Below are positions 51,154-60,637 of a stretch of DNA of 64,000 nt, piece by piece. This DNA is from Sulfolobales archaeon HS-7 (GTDB lineage: Archaea; Thermoproteota; Thermoprotei_A; Sulfolobales; Sulfolobaceae): assembly GCA_019704295.1 (NCBI GenBank), contig AP024596.1:1632001-1696000 (forward strand). The letters run 5' to 3'. The notes under the pieces are model-generated. The model had not been told where the DNA came from and ran no database searches. It saw only the letters and a program-made list of their open reading frames with translations. The position numbers and the translations under genes were made by a program. Positions within the stretch are counted from its first letter, which is position 1, and the number at the start of each line of letters is the position of its first letter.

Positions 51154-52119
51154 TCACGCAGACATAAGTTTGTCTAGTCCTTTTTCAATTCTCCTCTCAT
51201 CCGGTATGTAATAGTCTTCGTAACCAGGGAACGGGTAAGGAATACTGGGTGACGCAATTCTCACGATAGGAGCCTCGAGGCTGTATATAGCTTTCTCTGA
51301 GATCCTAGCAGCGATTTCCGCCCCTACGCCGAAACTTAAAGGTGCTTGATGTACGATCATAACCCTGCCAGTTTTCTTAACACTATCAAGGATAGTCTTT
51401 TCGTCGAGGGGAACTATGCTTCTTAGGTCAATAACCTCTGCATCAACTTTCTTCTTATCAACCACTTTCAGGACATCAGGAACAGTGGGACCATATGTCA
51501 CTATCGTAACCTCATTTCCTTTTCTAAGAATGTTGGCCCTTCCAATCGGGACTTCGTAGGGTTCTTCGGGTATTTCCTCTCTAAATAACCTGTAAAGCTT
51601 TAAGGGTTCGAGAAATATAACCGGATCATTTAACCTTGACGCGGATATCAAAAGCCCCTTCGCATCATAAGGAGTGGAGGGTTCGAGTATTATTAACCCC
51701 TGAGAATAGGCGTAGTAAGTCTCAGGGTTTTCTGAATGTATCTCAAGCGCTTTTACACCCCCTCCTGAGGGCATTCTCACCACCATGGGTAGGAAAAAGG
51801 AGGATCTGCTCCTCGATCTGTACCTAGCTGCGTGGGAAACAAGTTGATTGAAACTGACGTAACTAAACCCGGCGAACTGGATCTCTGGAAACGGATGTAA
51901 TCCCATTAATGCCAGACCTATGCTCATTCCAATAATTGTTGATTCCGCGAGAGGAGTGTCAATTACCCTATGTTCTCCGTACTTCTGTTTAAGTCCTGTA
52001 GTAACTCTGAAAACCCCTCCTTCTGTACCAACGTCCTCTCCAAGAATTACAGCCCTTTCGTCCCTGTCCATGATTATGTTCAAAGCGTTATTAAGGGCTT
52101 CAACCATGTTAGCCTTCAT
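51154..52119 (-). CDS. pdhB: 2-oxoacid dehydrogenase E1 beta
   Basis: GEDVG.EGGVFR, DTPLAE, EIQF and HSENPE motifs; GGTGA SD before the ATG at 52119. Confidence 0.93.
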   Translation of the reverse strand: MKANMVEALNNALNIIMDRDERAVILGEDVGTEGGVFRVTTGLKQKYGEHRVIDTPLAESTIIGMSIGLALMGLHPFPEIQFAGFSYVSFNQLVSHAARYRSRSRSSFFLPMVVRMPSGGGVKALEIHSENPETYYAYSQGLIILEPSTPYDAKGLLISASRLNDPVIFLEPLKLYRLFREEIPEEPYEVPIGRANILRKGNEVTIVTYGPTVPDVLKVVDKKKVDAEVIDLRSIVPLDEKTILDSVKKTGRVMIVHQAPLSFGVGAEIAARISEKAIYSLEAPIVRIASPSIPYPFPGYEDYYIPDERRIEKGLDKLMSA

Positions 52120-53173
52120 TCCCATCACCAAAATACTCCTCCATTTCCTCCTTGAGTGTTTCTGGTAAAAATGAGAACACGTTAAACATCGACTTCGGAT
52201 CTGGAACGAATTTATCCGCAGTTTCTACGGCTTTGTTTAAAGCCTCCTGATGTTTTTCCCATAATTCCTTCTCCTTCTCGCTATCCCATAATCCCTTTTT
52301 CTCCAGGAACTTCCTCATTCTATCTATTGGATCTCTTCTCTTCCACTCCTTTTCCTCCTCCTTAGTTCTATATAAAGCAGGATTATCAGATGTAGTATGA
52401 AATGCCATCCTGTAGGTGATCGCCTCAATTAACATAGGTCCTTCACCTATTGTATCTATGGCGTCCTTCACTGCCTTGTAAACGCCAATTACGTCATTCC
52501 CGTCGACCTGTATTGCCCTTATACCCGCCGCTACTGCTTTCTGAGCTAGAGTTTTTGCAGCTGTTTGTTTACTCCTTGGGGTAGATATAGCGTATTGATT
52601 GTTTTCTATTATTGTAATAAGAGGAACCTTAAGAACGCCGGCGAAGTTCATTCCCTCGTAAAAGTCACCTTCTGATGTTGCTCCATCTCCTACAAATGTC
52701 AAAACGACCTGTCCGTCATTTCTAAGTTTTAATGCGTAAGCCACGCCAACAGCATGAGGTATCTGGGAACCTACGGGGACAACCACTGGAAAACCATGGA
52801 CTTCTGGAGGGATTTCTAACCCCTCCTCGAACCCCCTCCAAGATAGCATGTATTTCTCGATAGGTAATCCCCTCATGAAGTAGATAACGTGTTGCCTATA
52901 ATTAGGTACGAAGTAGTCCTTATCTCTGAGTGCAGAAGCAGCACCGACCTGCACGGCTTCTTCGCCCATAGCCGGGGCATAAGTTACAGCCCTCCCCTGT
53001 CTCTGTAACGATATAAGCTTATTGTCAAATGCCCTAGATAGCGTCATGTAATAATACATTTTCAATAACTTATCGTCGGATAGATCATGAGGATAAAGTT
53101 TCTCATCAATATTTCCGTTTTCATCAAGAACCTGTTGATACATTATTTCTGTCTGGAATATTTTCTCAATCAA
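52109..53173 (-). CDS. pdhA: 2-oxoacid dehydrogenase E1 alpha
   Basis: LQRQGR, GDGATSEGDF...ENNQYAIS ThDP motif and YRMxxHTTSD; TTG start. Confidence 0.93.
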   Translation of the reverse strand: MIEKIFQTEIMYQQVLDENGNIDEKLYPHDLSDDKLLKMYYYMTLSRAFDNKLISLQRQGRAVTYAPAMGEEAVQVGAASALRDKDYFVPNYRQHVIYFMRGLPIEKYMLSWRGFEEGLEIPPEVHGFPVVVPVGSQIPHAVGVAYALKLRNDGQVVLTFVGDGATSEGDFYEGMNFAGVLKVPLITIIENNQYAISTPRSKQTAAKTLAQKAVAAGIRAIQVDGNDVIGVYKAVKDAIDTIGEGPMLIEAITYRMAFHTTSDNPALYRTKEEEKEWKRRDPIDRMRKFLEKKGLWDSEKEKELWEKHQEALNKAVETADKFVPDPKSMFNVFSFLPETLKEEMEEYFGDGNEG

Positions 53174-53320
53174 ACCGACTCAAGTACTTATTCACGAACT
53201 AGTATTTTATGTTTAATGCGTCCCATTATCTATATTATTAATGTAGTAGTTACAGATGAATAAAAACGATTATATTAATAATATAATTTCTACCACATTC
53301 AATAGTTCTAGTTGTCTCAA

Positions 53321-53461
53321 TTATTTCTTGGTATATCTTTCAGGACTTTTTTTGAACTCGGCCATACACAGGGGGCTACAGAATACGTATTCCTTTCCAG
53401 CGTAATTAAGTTTATATTTATTAGTAAATACTTCTTCTCCACATACGGGATCTCGTGCCAT
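53321..53461 (-). CDS. YHS/TRASH-domain small metallochaperone (46 aa, absent from the ORF track)
   Basis: Translated by hand: MARDPVCGEEVFTNKYKLNYAGKEYVFCSPLCMAEFKKSPERYTKK*, with DPVCG...Y.FCS..C...F..P..Y signature. Confidence 0.9.
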   Translation of the reverse strand: MARDPVCGEEVFTNKYKLNYAGKEYVFCSPLCMAEFKKSPERYTKK

Positions 53462-53706
53462 ATCTACTGTTTTGCTAAACGGTTTATTAGTATTACGTAA
53501 ACTGCCCTATAGATAGAGATTTCTAATTCCAAGCTTCACTATAGGTAAAGAAATTCGTAGATATTAAGGTTATCATGGAGATCTCCTCAAAATGTCAAGG
53601 AAAGAGGTTACAGTTCTAATCCAAAATATTTGTAAAGAGAAATAGAGGTGTCTGTTCGTCTTAACTAAGCTTCGGCATCCCCAACCCCAATCAAGATAAA
53701 GAAAAT

Positions 53707-54432
53707 TCAAGATAGTTTCCAAAGCTTATCTCTCATCTTCACTACATCACCTACTACTATAACTGCTGGTGATTTGACGTTATTTTGAGAAATTACCTTA
53801 TCCATATCGTTCAGTGAACAGATGAAAACCCTTTGAGATTCCAGTGTTGCATTTTCGATCACAGCTACGGGTTCATTGGCACTCCTAACCTTAAGGAGGA
53901 CGCCTCTGAGTTGTGTGAATTTATGTATTCCCATTAATATAACGAGAGTTCCCTTACTGGGAATATAGTCAGGTTCTATAACCTCGTCTCCCTTCCTGGT
54001 GGCGGAAATTATTGATACCGCAGGCGAGTACTGTCTTCCAGTTATCGGAATTCCCGCGTACGTTGGACCTGCTATAGCACTGGTAACTCCTGGAATTACT
54101 TCACATGGTATTCCCTCATTAATCACTCTCTCACACTCCTCTTCTCCTCTACCAAATACGTAGGGATCTCCTCCCTTAAGCCTGACGACAATTTTGCCTT
54201 CCTTCGCGTGCTTTATTATGAGCGAAGTTATTGTCTCTTGTTTTTCTGCCTCACCTATGTTTTTCCCGGCGTAAATTAGGAGAGCATCACCCCTAACGTT
54301 AGACAGTATCTTCTTATCTATTAATCTGTCGTAAATGACTACTTCTGCCTTACGTAAAGTTGACAATCCCTTTACTGTTATAAGTTCGGGATCTCCAGGA
54401 CCAGCTCCCACTAGGTAAACAATTCCACCCAT
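53707..54432 (-). CDS. cobA: Uroporphyrinogen-III C-methyltransferase
   Basis: LVGAGPGDPELIT, RLKGGDPYVFGRGEEE and PGVTSA motifs. Confidence 0.95.
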   Translation of the reverse strand: MGGIVYLVGAGPGDPELITVKGLSTLRKAEVVIYDRLIDKKILSNVRGDALLIYAGKNIGEAEKQETITSLIIKHAKEGKIVVRLKGGDPYVFGRGEEECERVINEGIPCEVIPGVTSAIAGPTYAGIPITGRQYSPAVSIISATRKGDEVIEPDYIPSKGTLVILMGIHKFTQLRGVLLKVRSANEPVAVIENATLESQRVFICSLNDMDKVISQNNVKSPAVIVVGDVVKMRDKLWKLS

Positions 54433-54982
54433 TACTTTAATGAGAGGATTACGAACGACAATAAAATTACTTCATCTCAATAACTGGATGGTAAGAGTTA
54501 ACAACGTGTGTCATCAGTTAACTATTCGCATGTGGACGTAGCCCTCTATTTACCTTGAAGGGAACAACAGTTCCTAGGAGTCGTCCGAATTTCGTTCTCC
54601 TAAGGATATTAAGGAAGACTTGTAGCCCATAACTACAGTTGAACCACCGTTAGGGAGAAAACATAAGTTTGGCCGACGTCAAATCTTCCCTGATGTGACC
54701 GCACCTAGCCGCGTAGTTCGAGTATATGCCAGATTCGTGATGATGAGTCCCTTACAATTTTCTAAGTTGATACTCCGTCATATTCCTTTTGTTCTGACAT
54801 CTCTAGTAAGGTCGCATGTTAGGTACTTACCATTTTATCTGACGATATTTCTTTACATCAATATCCTAGAAAGAATATTAACAATTCGAATAGAGTAAAT
54901 GAGTTATGCTCACCAAACTAATCTTCAGCTCCCTTAACCCTCATCAAGATAACCTTTTATACAATAATAACCCCTTCACAAT

Positions 54983-56323
54983 ATGAAATACGAAGTTCTG
55001 GTAATTGGTGGTGGAGGCGCCTCCTATCCAGGGGCATTTAGACTTTCAAAAGCAGGTAAAACGGTAATAATGGCAGACCCTAAGGGAGTACTTGGTGGAA
55101 ACTGTCTCTATCAGGGTTGTATTCCTTCGAAGACAATTAGGGAGATGGCCGAATTGCACCTAAGATCGAAAAGGTTTTTCGCTAACATCTCGCCCAATTT
55201 CGAACTCATACAAGATCATAAAGATAAAGTTCAGGAGAAGAGATTTAAGCAACACGATGAGGAAATAAAGGAGAATAACGTCGAGTTCGTAAAAGGAGAG
55301 GTTCAAGTTACTGGGGATAAAACCGCTAAGATAATAGGAGAGAAAGAAGTTGATGTTGAGTTCAATTACTTAATTTTAGGCACGGGAAGCGAACCGTTTG
55401 TCCCAAGAATACCTGGAAGTGAGCACTGTATAACCAGCGACGATTTATACAAGTATAAAACCGAAATAAGGAAATTGCCATCATCGATGGTAATAATAGG
55501 AGGTGGATACATTGCTCTTGAAACCGCAACCATATTCAAGGCCTTAGGTACGGAAGTGCACGTTTTGGTGAGGAGCGATAAAATCCTACGAAGTATAGAT
55601 CAACGCCTAGTCGAGATTCTGAAAAAGATGATTGATCCTGAAATTGACATCAAGTTTAACTCCCCAGTGCTAGAAGTAGAGAAAAATGGAAATGAGTTAA
55701 AGGTAACATTTTCTCAGAAAGGAGAAAAAAAGGAGATAATTACAGAAAAGGTTGTCATGGCTACGGGAAGAAAACCTGTGCTCCCAAAGGGATTTGAAAA
55801 ATTAGGCGTTAAAGTATCTCAAAAAGGAGTTGAGGTGGATGAGAGTATCAGGACCAACATACCTTACGTTTTCGCACCCGGTGATGTTAATGGAATATCG
55901 CCGTATTTCCACTCAGCTGTAAGGCAATCACTTGTTGCATCGCGAAATATACTTACTGGACGAAATACCGATTTCGTTAACTTCTCCTCAATTCCGGTCA
56001 CTGTTTTCACAATTCCTCCCATCGCATATGTGGGTATTATTACAAACAGAGATAGTTCGGTTATAGAGGCCTCTTATAAATTTGAGAGGGATTCGAGAGC
56101 TCAAATCTACGACGAACTCGAAGGTGAAGTTAGGCTATTCTTCGAAAAGGGAAGCCTAAGAGCCCTGGGAGGATGGGTGGCGGGAATTGACGCTCCGTCA
56201 TTAATAAACGAGATAGGATATGCAGTCCATAACGGGCTAACAGCCAAGCAAATGGCGGAATTTGCAGATCAGCACCCCATGTCGAATGAGTCTATAACGA
56301 ATGCGGTAAGGAGCATTATCTAA
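54983..56323 (+). CDS. Class-I pyridine nucleotide-disulfide oxidoreductase (second Lpd-like)
   Basis: GGNCLYQGCIPSK, GGGYIALE, APGD and HPMSNE motifs; no MerA C-terminal CC. Confidence 0.88.
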   Translation: MKYEVLVIGGGGASYPGAFRLSKAGKTVIMADPKGVLGGNCLYQGCIPSKTIREMAELHLRSKRFFANISPNFELIQDHKDKVQEKRFKQHDEEIKENNVEFVKGEVQVTGDKTAKIIGEKEVDVEFNYLILGTGSEPFVPRIPGSEHCITSDDLYKYKTEIRKLPSSMVIIGGGYIALETATIFKALGTEVHVLVRSDKILRSIDQRLVEILKKMIDPEIDIKFNSPVLEVEKNGNELKVTFSQKGEKKEIITEKVVMATGRKPVLPKGFEKLGVKVSQKGVEVDESIRTNIPYVFAPGDVNGISPYFHSAVRQSLVASRNILTGRNTDFVNFSSIPVTVFTIPPIAYVGIITNRDSSVIEASYKFERDSRAQIYDELEGEVRLFFEKGSLRALGGWVAGIDAPSLINEIGYAVHNGLTAKQMAEFADQHPMSNESITNAVRSII

Positions 56324-56351
56324 TTTTTTTAAAAAATTTTTTAAAAAAAAA
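56324..56351. terminator. Bidirectional T-tract terminator between convergent genes
   Basis: T7-A6-T6-A9 (a 26 bp perfect palindrome) directly after the 56323 stop and 15 bp from the 56367 stop. Confidence 0.7.
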
Positions 56352-56366
56352 TTGGTTTTTAAAATA

Positions 56367-59300
56367 CTACTTCCTTCTTAACGCAAACACAATACCCACA
56401 ACGGCTATTATTAACGCGATCACTGAAAGCCCTAGCGTTATGTAGAAATCCTGACGCGCTTGATTAGCGAGTTGAGTTTTGGCGGAGTTCAACGAATTCG
56501 TTAACTGTGTCACATTTGCCGATAACTGACCTTCTATAGAGGTGATCCTGGAGTTTTCCGAGGCTAATTGATCCTCCACGTTTACCTCAACCACCTTATG
56601 AACAGTTATACCGTCTGCCTGAGTTACGTACACTACAAGTTGATAAGTACCGTCGGGTAACCCATCAGTGCTTATCTGCAAACTGTAACTACCGTTAGTC
56701 GGATAAGATGTAATTAATTTACCATCGAAGTATACAGAGACGTTACTAACGTCGGTACCGAGAATCGTTATGTTTACTGGTAGCTGATAGGTTACGTTAT
56801 TAGGATAGGTTATGGTTATGTTAGGTTTACTTGGAGATAGTTCCTTAACATGGGAATTTACCATCTCAATTTTAGAGTTTATGAGGACAACGTTATTTAG
56901 AATTGTGTTGGAGAGGTCCAAGGTCGAATTATAGGCCACTATTAAGTTTCCTGACCCTCCTGTTATAGATACATCGGAATTCCTTATAACGAGGGAACTC
57001 ACATTACTATTCTCTATGACCAATCTACTAGCGTTGACAGTGGTATTTAAGAACACATCGTTGGTGAGAGTACCATTAAATTGTATAGTGTCATTGAGGA
57101 AGAAGATTCCTGACGTTACTGGAATCTCCCCTATTCTCTCGGATGAGATTATCGAGTATGGCTGTACGTCAAAAGTCATCGAATTTCTCAGGGATGTAGG
57201 CGTTGAGTAACCTAGAGCACTTATTCCACTTATCAATACTTTATAAGGTCCTGCAAACTCATACGGTTTAGCATAAATGGATAGACTACTAGCCGAAAAA
57301 GGTGACGGCGTGGTAAAGTTGCCAACCCACTCGTTTAATGATTGGTTGAACCATAGGGGAACTTCAACGTATTGAGATATCCCAGAGTAGTTAAACAAGT
57401 CAACTTTAGGCAAAATTGTAGCTGAAAAGATTCCATACTTTACCTCTGTTCCGTTAGGATAAGTGATGTTCGCCATTATGAGAACTTTTTCTCCTTGATA
57501 TGGATAGAAGGTTGAAAGTGACGATTGAACTGATAATGGTCCGGAACTGACGTATATCTGACCGTAGAAGAATCCATTTATCTCCATACCTAGTGTAGAT
57601 GAATTATAGGAGGAGAACAAAAGAACGTCGTAGAGCCCTGGTGACGCACTAATTGGAACCTCTAATTGCCCGTAATACTCACCTGAACTCAATACATTAA
57701 TCACATTTTTAGCAACGACCTTTCCGTTTGATGATACTAATTCGGCAGTGAGGTTACTTCCCATCTGCACAGCGGACGCTAAAGGCAGACCCGTTGATAG
57801 CGAAAGTTGTGTAAGGGATGGCGGGGGCGTTAACGTTCCTACTATTGTTATATTCCCCCCGGGGTAAACTGAGCCCGGTTCTGCTACTACCTGAGGAAGT
57901 ATAAAGAGACTCTGCAAATCTACTCCGTTTACGAGATTTTCGTAACCGAAAATCGAATTTCCCATCAACATTATGTCACCAACGGGGATATTTGTGGGGA
58001 TTTCTCCCACCCATAGCAATCCAGGCGTTCCAGGTATAATTGTTGACGCAGGCACTGCTGTTAGAGGTATAGTAGTTATTTGTGTATAAGTATTTGTGGT
58101 AATATTATATGAAAATACACCAATAGACGGAGAGAACGTAGGGAGAGGCTGAACGCCAGTAACAGTGGATATGTTGACTATAACCACTTGGTTCCCAAGC
58201 TGGCTAACTATCTCAGTTAATGGAGTAGGATTGATGAATTGTGAGTAATATCCTGAGAAAGTTTCGAACATGCCTATGCCGCTTTCACCAGACGACGAAC
58301 CGTATACAAGCACGTCCGTAATCCCCGTATCATTTAAAGGCACTATGATATTCGCGACCCATTCGTGCAGGGAAGGCACGTATTCCATAGCAACAGTCGT
58401 TAGGTTCCCCTCAGTGGATTCCAACGTTGCGTAAAACTTTCCCGATATGACAGGAATTCCGTTTACAGATATATTCGCCTGAACGTACATAGTTTCTCCT
58501 GGAAGGAATTGGAATGGAATTTGTCCTGTTGAGTTCGTGGCTGCTACTTCTATCGTTAGGGAGTGAGACTGTGTCGTCAAAACATACGACGCTAGCTCTC
58601 CCGCATTTATAGCCCCCCATCCATTTACCAAATTATAACCGTAACTATCAGTCCAAGGAATGTTATATCCGAAGGTTATTGGTTCAAATACGTGAGGATA
58701 TAGCGATGCGTTATCACCTATCTGATATAGAAGGGGATTTAGCATTCCGAATGACGTGTTTACATAACTCATTATAGTCACTAAGAGTCCAGCAGTTAGA
58801 GGTGAGGCTTCACTCGTCCCCCCTGATACGCTCGTAATATTACCAGGACATACTATAAATATGCCAGGGAAAATATCAGCATTAGCCGAAATATCAGGAT
58901 CCGACCTACCATAAGGATAAGATGGAGGGGTAGTGATCGCGAACTGGTAATAGGGTTTAGGTTCAATAACACTAACACCCCCCGTTGAACCACCGTAGTT
59001 TACAAAGTTTGGGACAAAACCGTAATTAGACCAGGCTGTTTGATAGAAACTGCCGTTAGGGAACTGTATGTAGGTAGTGGTACCCCCAACAGATGTAACG
59101 AAAGGCGAGGTATCGGGGTATCCCACTGTGCCTAGGGGACCGAAACTGTATCCGGAACCTCCAGCATCCCCTGAAGCTGCTAGAAAGGTAATGCCCTCAG
59201 CACTTCCTAATGCGTAATAAATATCCGAGAAGTAAACACACTGATAGAAAAGTTGAGAGGGGAGTTCAGGATAGATCGATTCGTCAGTGGAGAAGCTCTG

Positions 59301-60290
59301 AGATAATACCTGAACGTAATCCTGCTGATCTACTGTAGCTATGGCTAATGGAAGAGGTGTAGAACCACTTGCTATATAAAGGTTGATAGAGGCCTTGGGG
59401 GCCATCGTATGAGATATTTCCACATCAAGGCTAATTTCTCCAGCCCAACCTTCCACCACACCCAATTCAGGATTGTAAACTCCTATAGGAGTAATGTTGA
59501 ATACCCGAGGATTGGGCAATCCAGTTAATTTGTCATAATAATGAAGTTGTTGAACTATATAAGGATCTCCGAAGAAATCCAAAATCCCTATACCTTTACC
59601 TTGGCCCATGAATCCCTTGTTGAAAAGGTAGGTTAAGTTGTATACTTTCGTTAGCGCTGTCCCCCAGTATGCAGAAGCTGGAAATGTCTGATTTTGCAGA
59701 ACGGTCTTCTCAAAGTTGAGAATTTCCTTTTCCGTTATCAGCGTTGTAGGATGTTTAAATAGTATGCCGGATACATTACTCGCTATTACGAAAACATCAG
59801 GAAATTCTGTTCTACCAATTCCGAAGTAATACGTTGCAGACCCGTTAGAGTAAAGGTAAACCGAGCCGTGAAAATACTCCTTAAAGGAGCTAACCTTTCC
59901 CGATACCATTATTACCGAGTCCGCTGCAGTTGAGATAACATTTAAGTGTTCTGACGAGATAATTGATAGGATTTGCTCATACCTCTGAGTTGGATAGAAT
60001 ATAGCCTGTTCCTGGGATTTGGTTAGAAACTTATGATAAAGAGGTGATGAGGGGTTTGAGACCTGTTCGGCGTAATAATACAGGAGGTTAAGATTTCTTG
60101 GTTGAATGTATATAGTAAAAGTTATATATGAATTATAAGGGAGCGAACCAATTTGTTTAAATCCAGGCAAGGCTCCATTAACGTTTTCAGAAGGTAGGGG
60201 GTATGAATTAACTTGATATATTGAAAATGTTCCTAAAAGGGATATTATTAGTAGAGATGTTATTAATAATACGCCGTAACGTGACAACAT
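56367..60290 (-). CDS. Membrane-anchored sedolisin (peptidase S53) with pro-domain
   Basis: Signal peptide, VSNPSSPLYHKFLT pro-domain, EISLDVE, ASGDAG, GGTSEASP and YNLVNGWG motifs; C-terminal coiled coil plus TM. Confidence 0.93.
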   Translation of the reverse strand: MLSRYGVLLITSLLIISLLGTFSIYQVNSYPLPSENVNGALPGFKQIGSLPYNSYITFTIYIQPRNLNLLYYYAEQVSNPSSPLYHKFLTKSQEQAIFYPTQRYEQILSIISSEHLNVISTAADSVIMVSGKVSSFKEYFHGSVYLYSNGSATYYFGIGRTEFPDVFVIASNVSGILFKHPTTLITEKEILNFEKTVLQNQTFPASAYWGTALTKVYNLTYLFNKGFMGQGKGIGILDFFGDPYIVQQLHYYDKLTGLPNPRVFNITPIGVYNPELGVVEGWAGEISLDVEISHTMAPKASINLYIASGSTPLPLAIATVDQQDYVQVLSQSFSTDESIYPELPSQLFYQCVYFSDIYYALGSAEGITFLAASGDAGGSGYSFGPLGTVGYPDTSPFVTSVGGTTTYIQFPNGSFYQTAWSNYGFVPNFVNYGGSTGGVSVIEPKPYYQFAITTPPSYPYGRSDPDISANADIFPGIFIVCPGNITSVSGGTSEASPLTAGLLVTIMSYVNTSFGMLNPLLYQIGDNASLYPHVFEPITFGYNIPWTDSYGYNLVNGWGAINAGELASYVLTTQSHSLTIEVAATNSTGQIPFQFLPGETMYVQANISVNGIPVISGKFYATLESTEGNLTTVAMEYVPSLHEWVANIIVPLNDTGITDVLVYGSSSGESGIGMFETFSGYYSQFINPTPLTEIVSQLGNQVVIVNISTVTGVQPLPTFSPSIGVFSYNITTNTYTQITTIPLTAVPASTIIPGTPGLLWVGEIPTNIPVGDIMLMGNSIFGYENLVNGVDLQSLFILPQVVAEPGSVYPGGNITIVGTLTPPPSLTQLSLSTGLPLASAVQMGSNLTAELVSSNGKVVAKNVINVLSSGEYYGQLEVPISASPGLYDVLLFSSYNSSTLGMEINGFFYGQIYVSSGPLSVQSSLSTFYPYQGEKVLIMANITYPNGTEVKYGIFSATILPKVDLFNYSGISQYVEVPLWFNQSLNEWVGNFTTPSPFSASSLSIYAKPYEFAGPYKVLISGISALGYSTPTSLRNSMTFDVQPYSIISSERIGEIPVTSGIFFLNDTIQFNGTLTNDVFLNTTVNASRLVIENSNVSSLVIRNSDVSITGGSGNLIVAYNSTLDLSNTILNNVVLINSKIEMVNSHVKELSPSKPNITITYPNNVTYQLPVNITILGTDVSNVSVYFDGKLITSYPTNGSYSLQISTDGLPDGTYQLVVYVTQADGITVHKVVEVNVEDQLASENSRITSIEGQLSANVTQLTNSLNSAKTQLANQARQDFYITLGLSVIALIIAVVGIVFALRRK

Positions 60291-60499
60291 ATTTCGTCCT
60301 GTGTTGTTAAGATAACCTTTTATAAATACTTAATGGTATTATACTCTTTTATACCCATTCTATCATATCCCGCGGCTTTCTCTGAATATAAACAATACTT
60401 CCCTGAATTTCACGTTAGCTGTTGTTAACAGTTTCCGATGAAACATGAAGTTTATGTACTTTATATATAAAAAATATTTTATAAATTTTCTCATCAGAT

Positions 60500-60637
60500 T
60501 TGGATGGGCTTTCCCAAAAGGTGACAGGGCACAAGATGTGCGGGTTTTCCCACATCTATGAGCGGGTGTGGGTTATCCCGCTAAAGAGATAAACAATAAA
60601 CTGGGCAAAGCTCCGTAACTTTGCTGAAGTCCAAAGC
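60500..60637 (+). mobile_element. Degenerate structured remnant resembling the 3' end/omega-RNA of a different tnpB element
   Basis: GC-rich island with hairpins agatgtg/cacatct and agcggg/cccgct; aagatgtgcgggtt resembles Sulfolobales tnpB tails as recalled. Confidence 0.4.

Noticed and set aside
54738-54798. ATGATGA...CTGA 58 nt apart
   Set aside because: No convincing D'/C' pair or recognisable guide
3059-58620. Numerous short ORFs antisense to or inside larger genes (e.g. 3059-3250, 13914-14237, 15198-15650, 23644-24408, 42328-43023, 49491-49955, 57016-57210)
   Set aside because: Shadow frames of well-supported genes with no recognisable motifs
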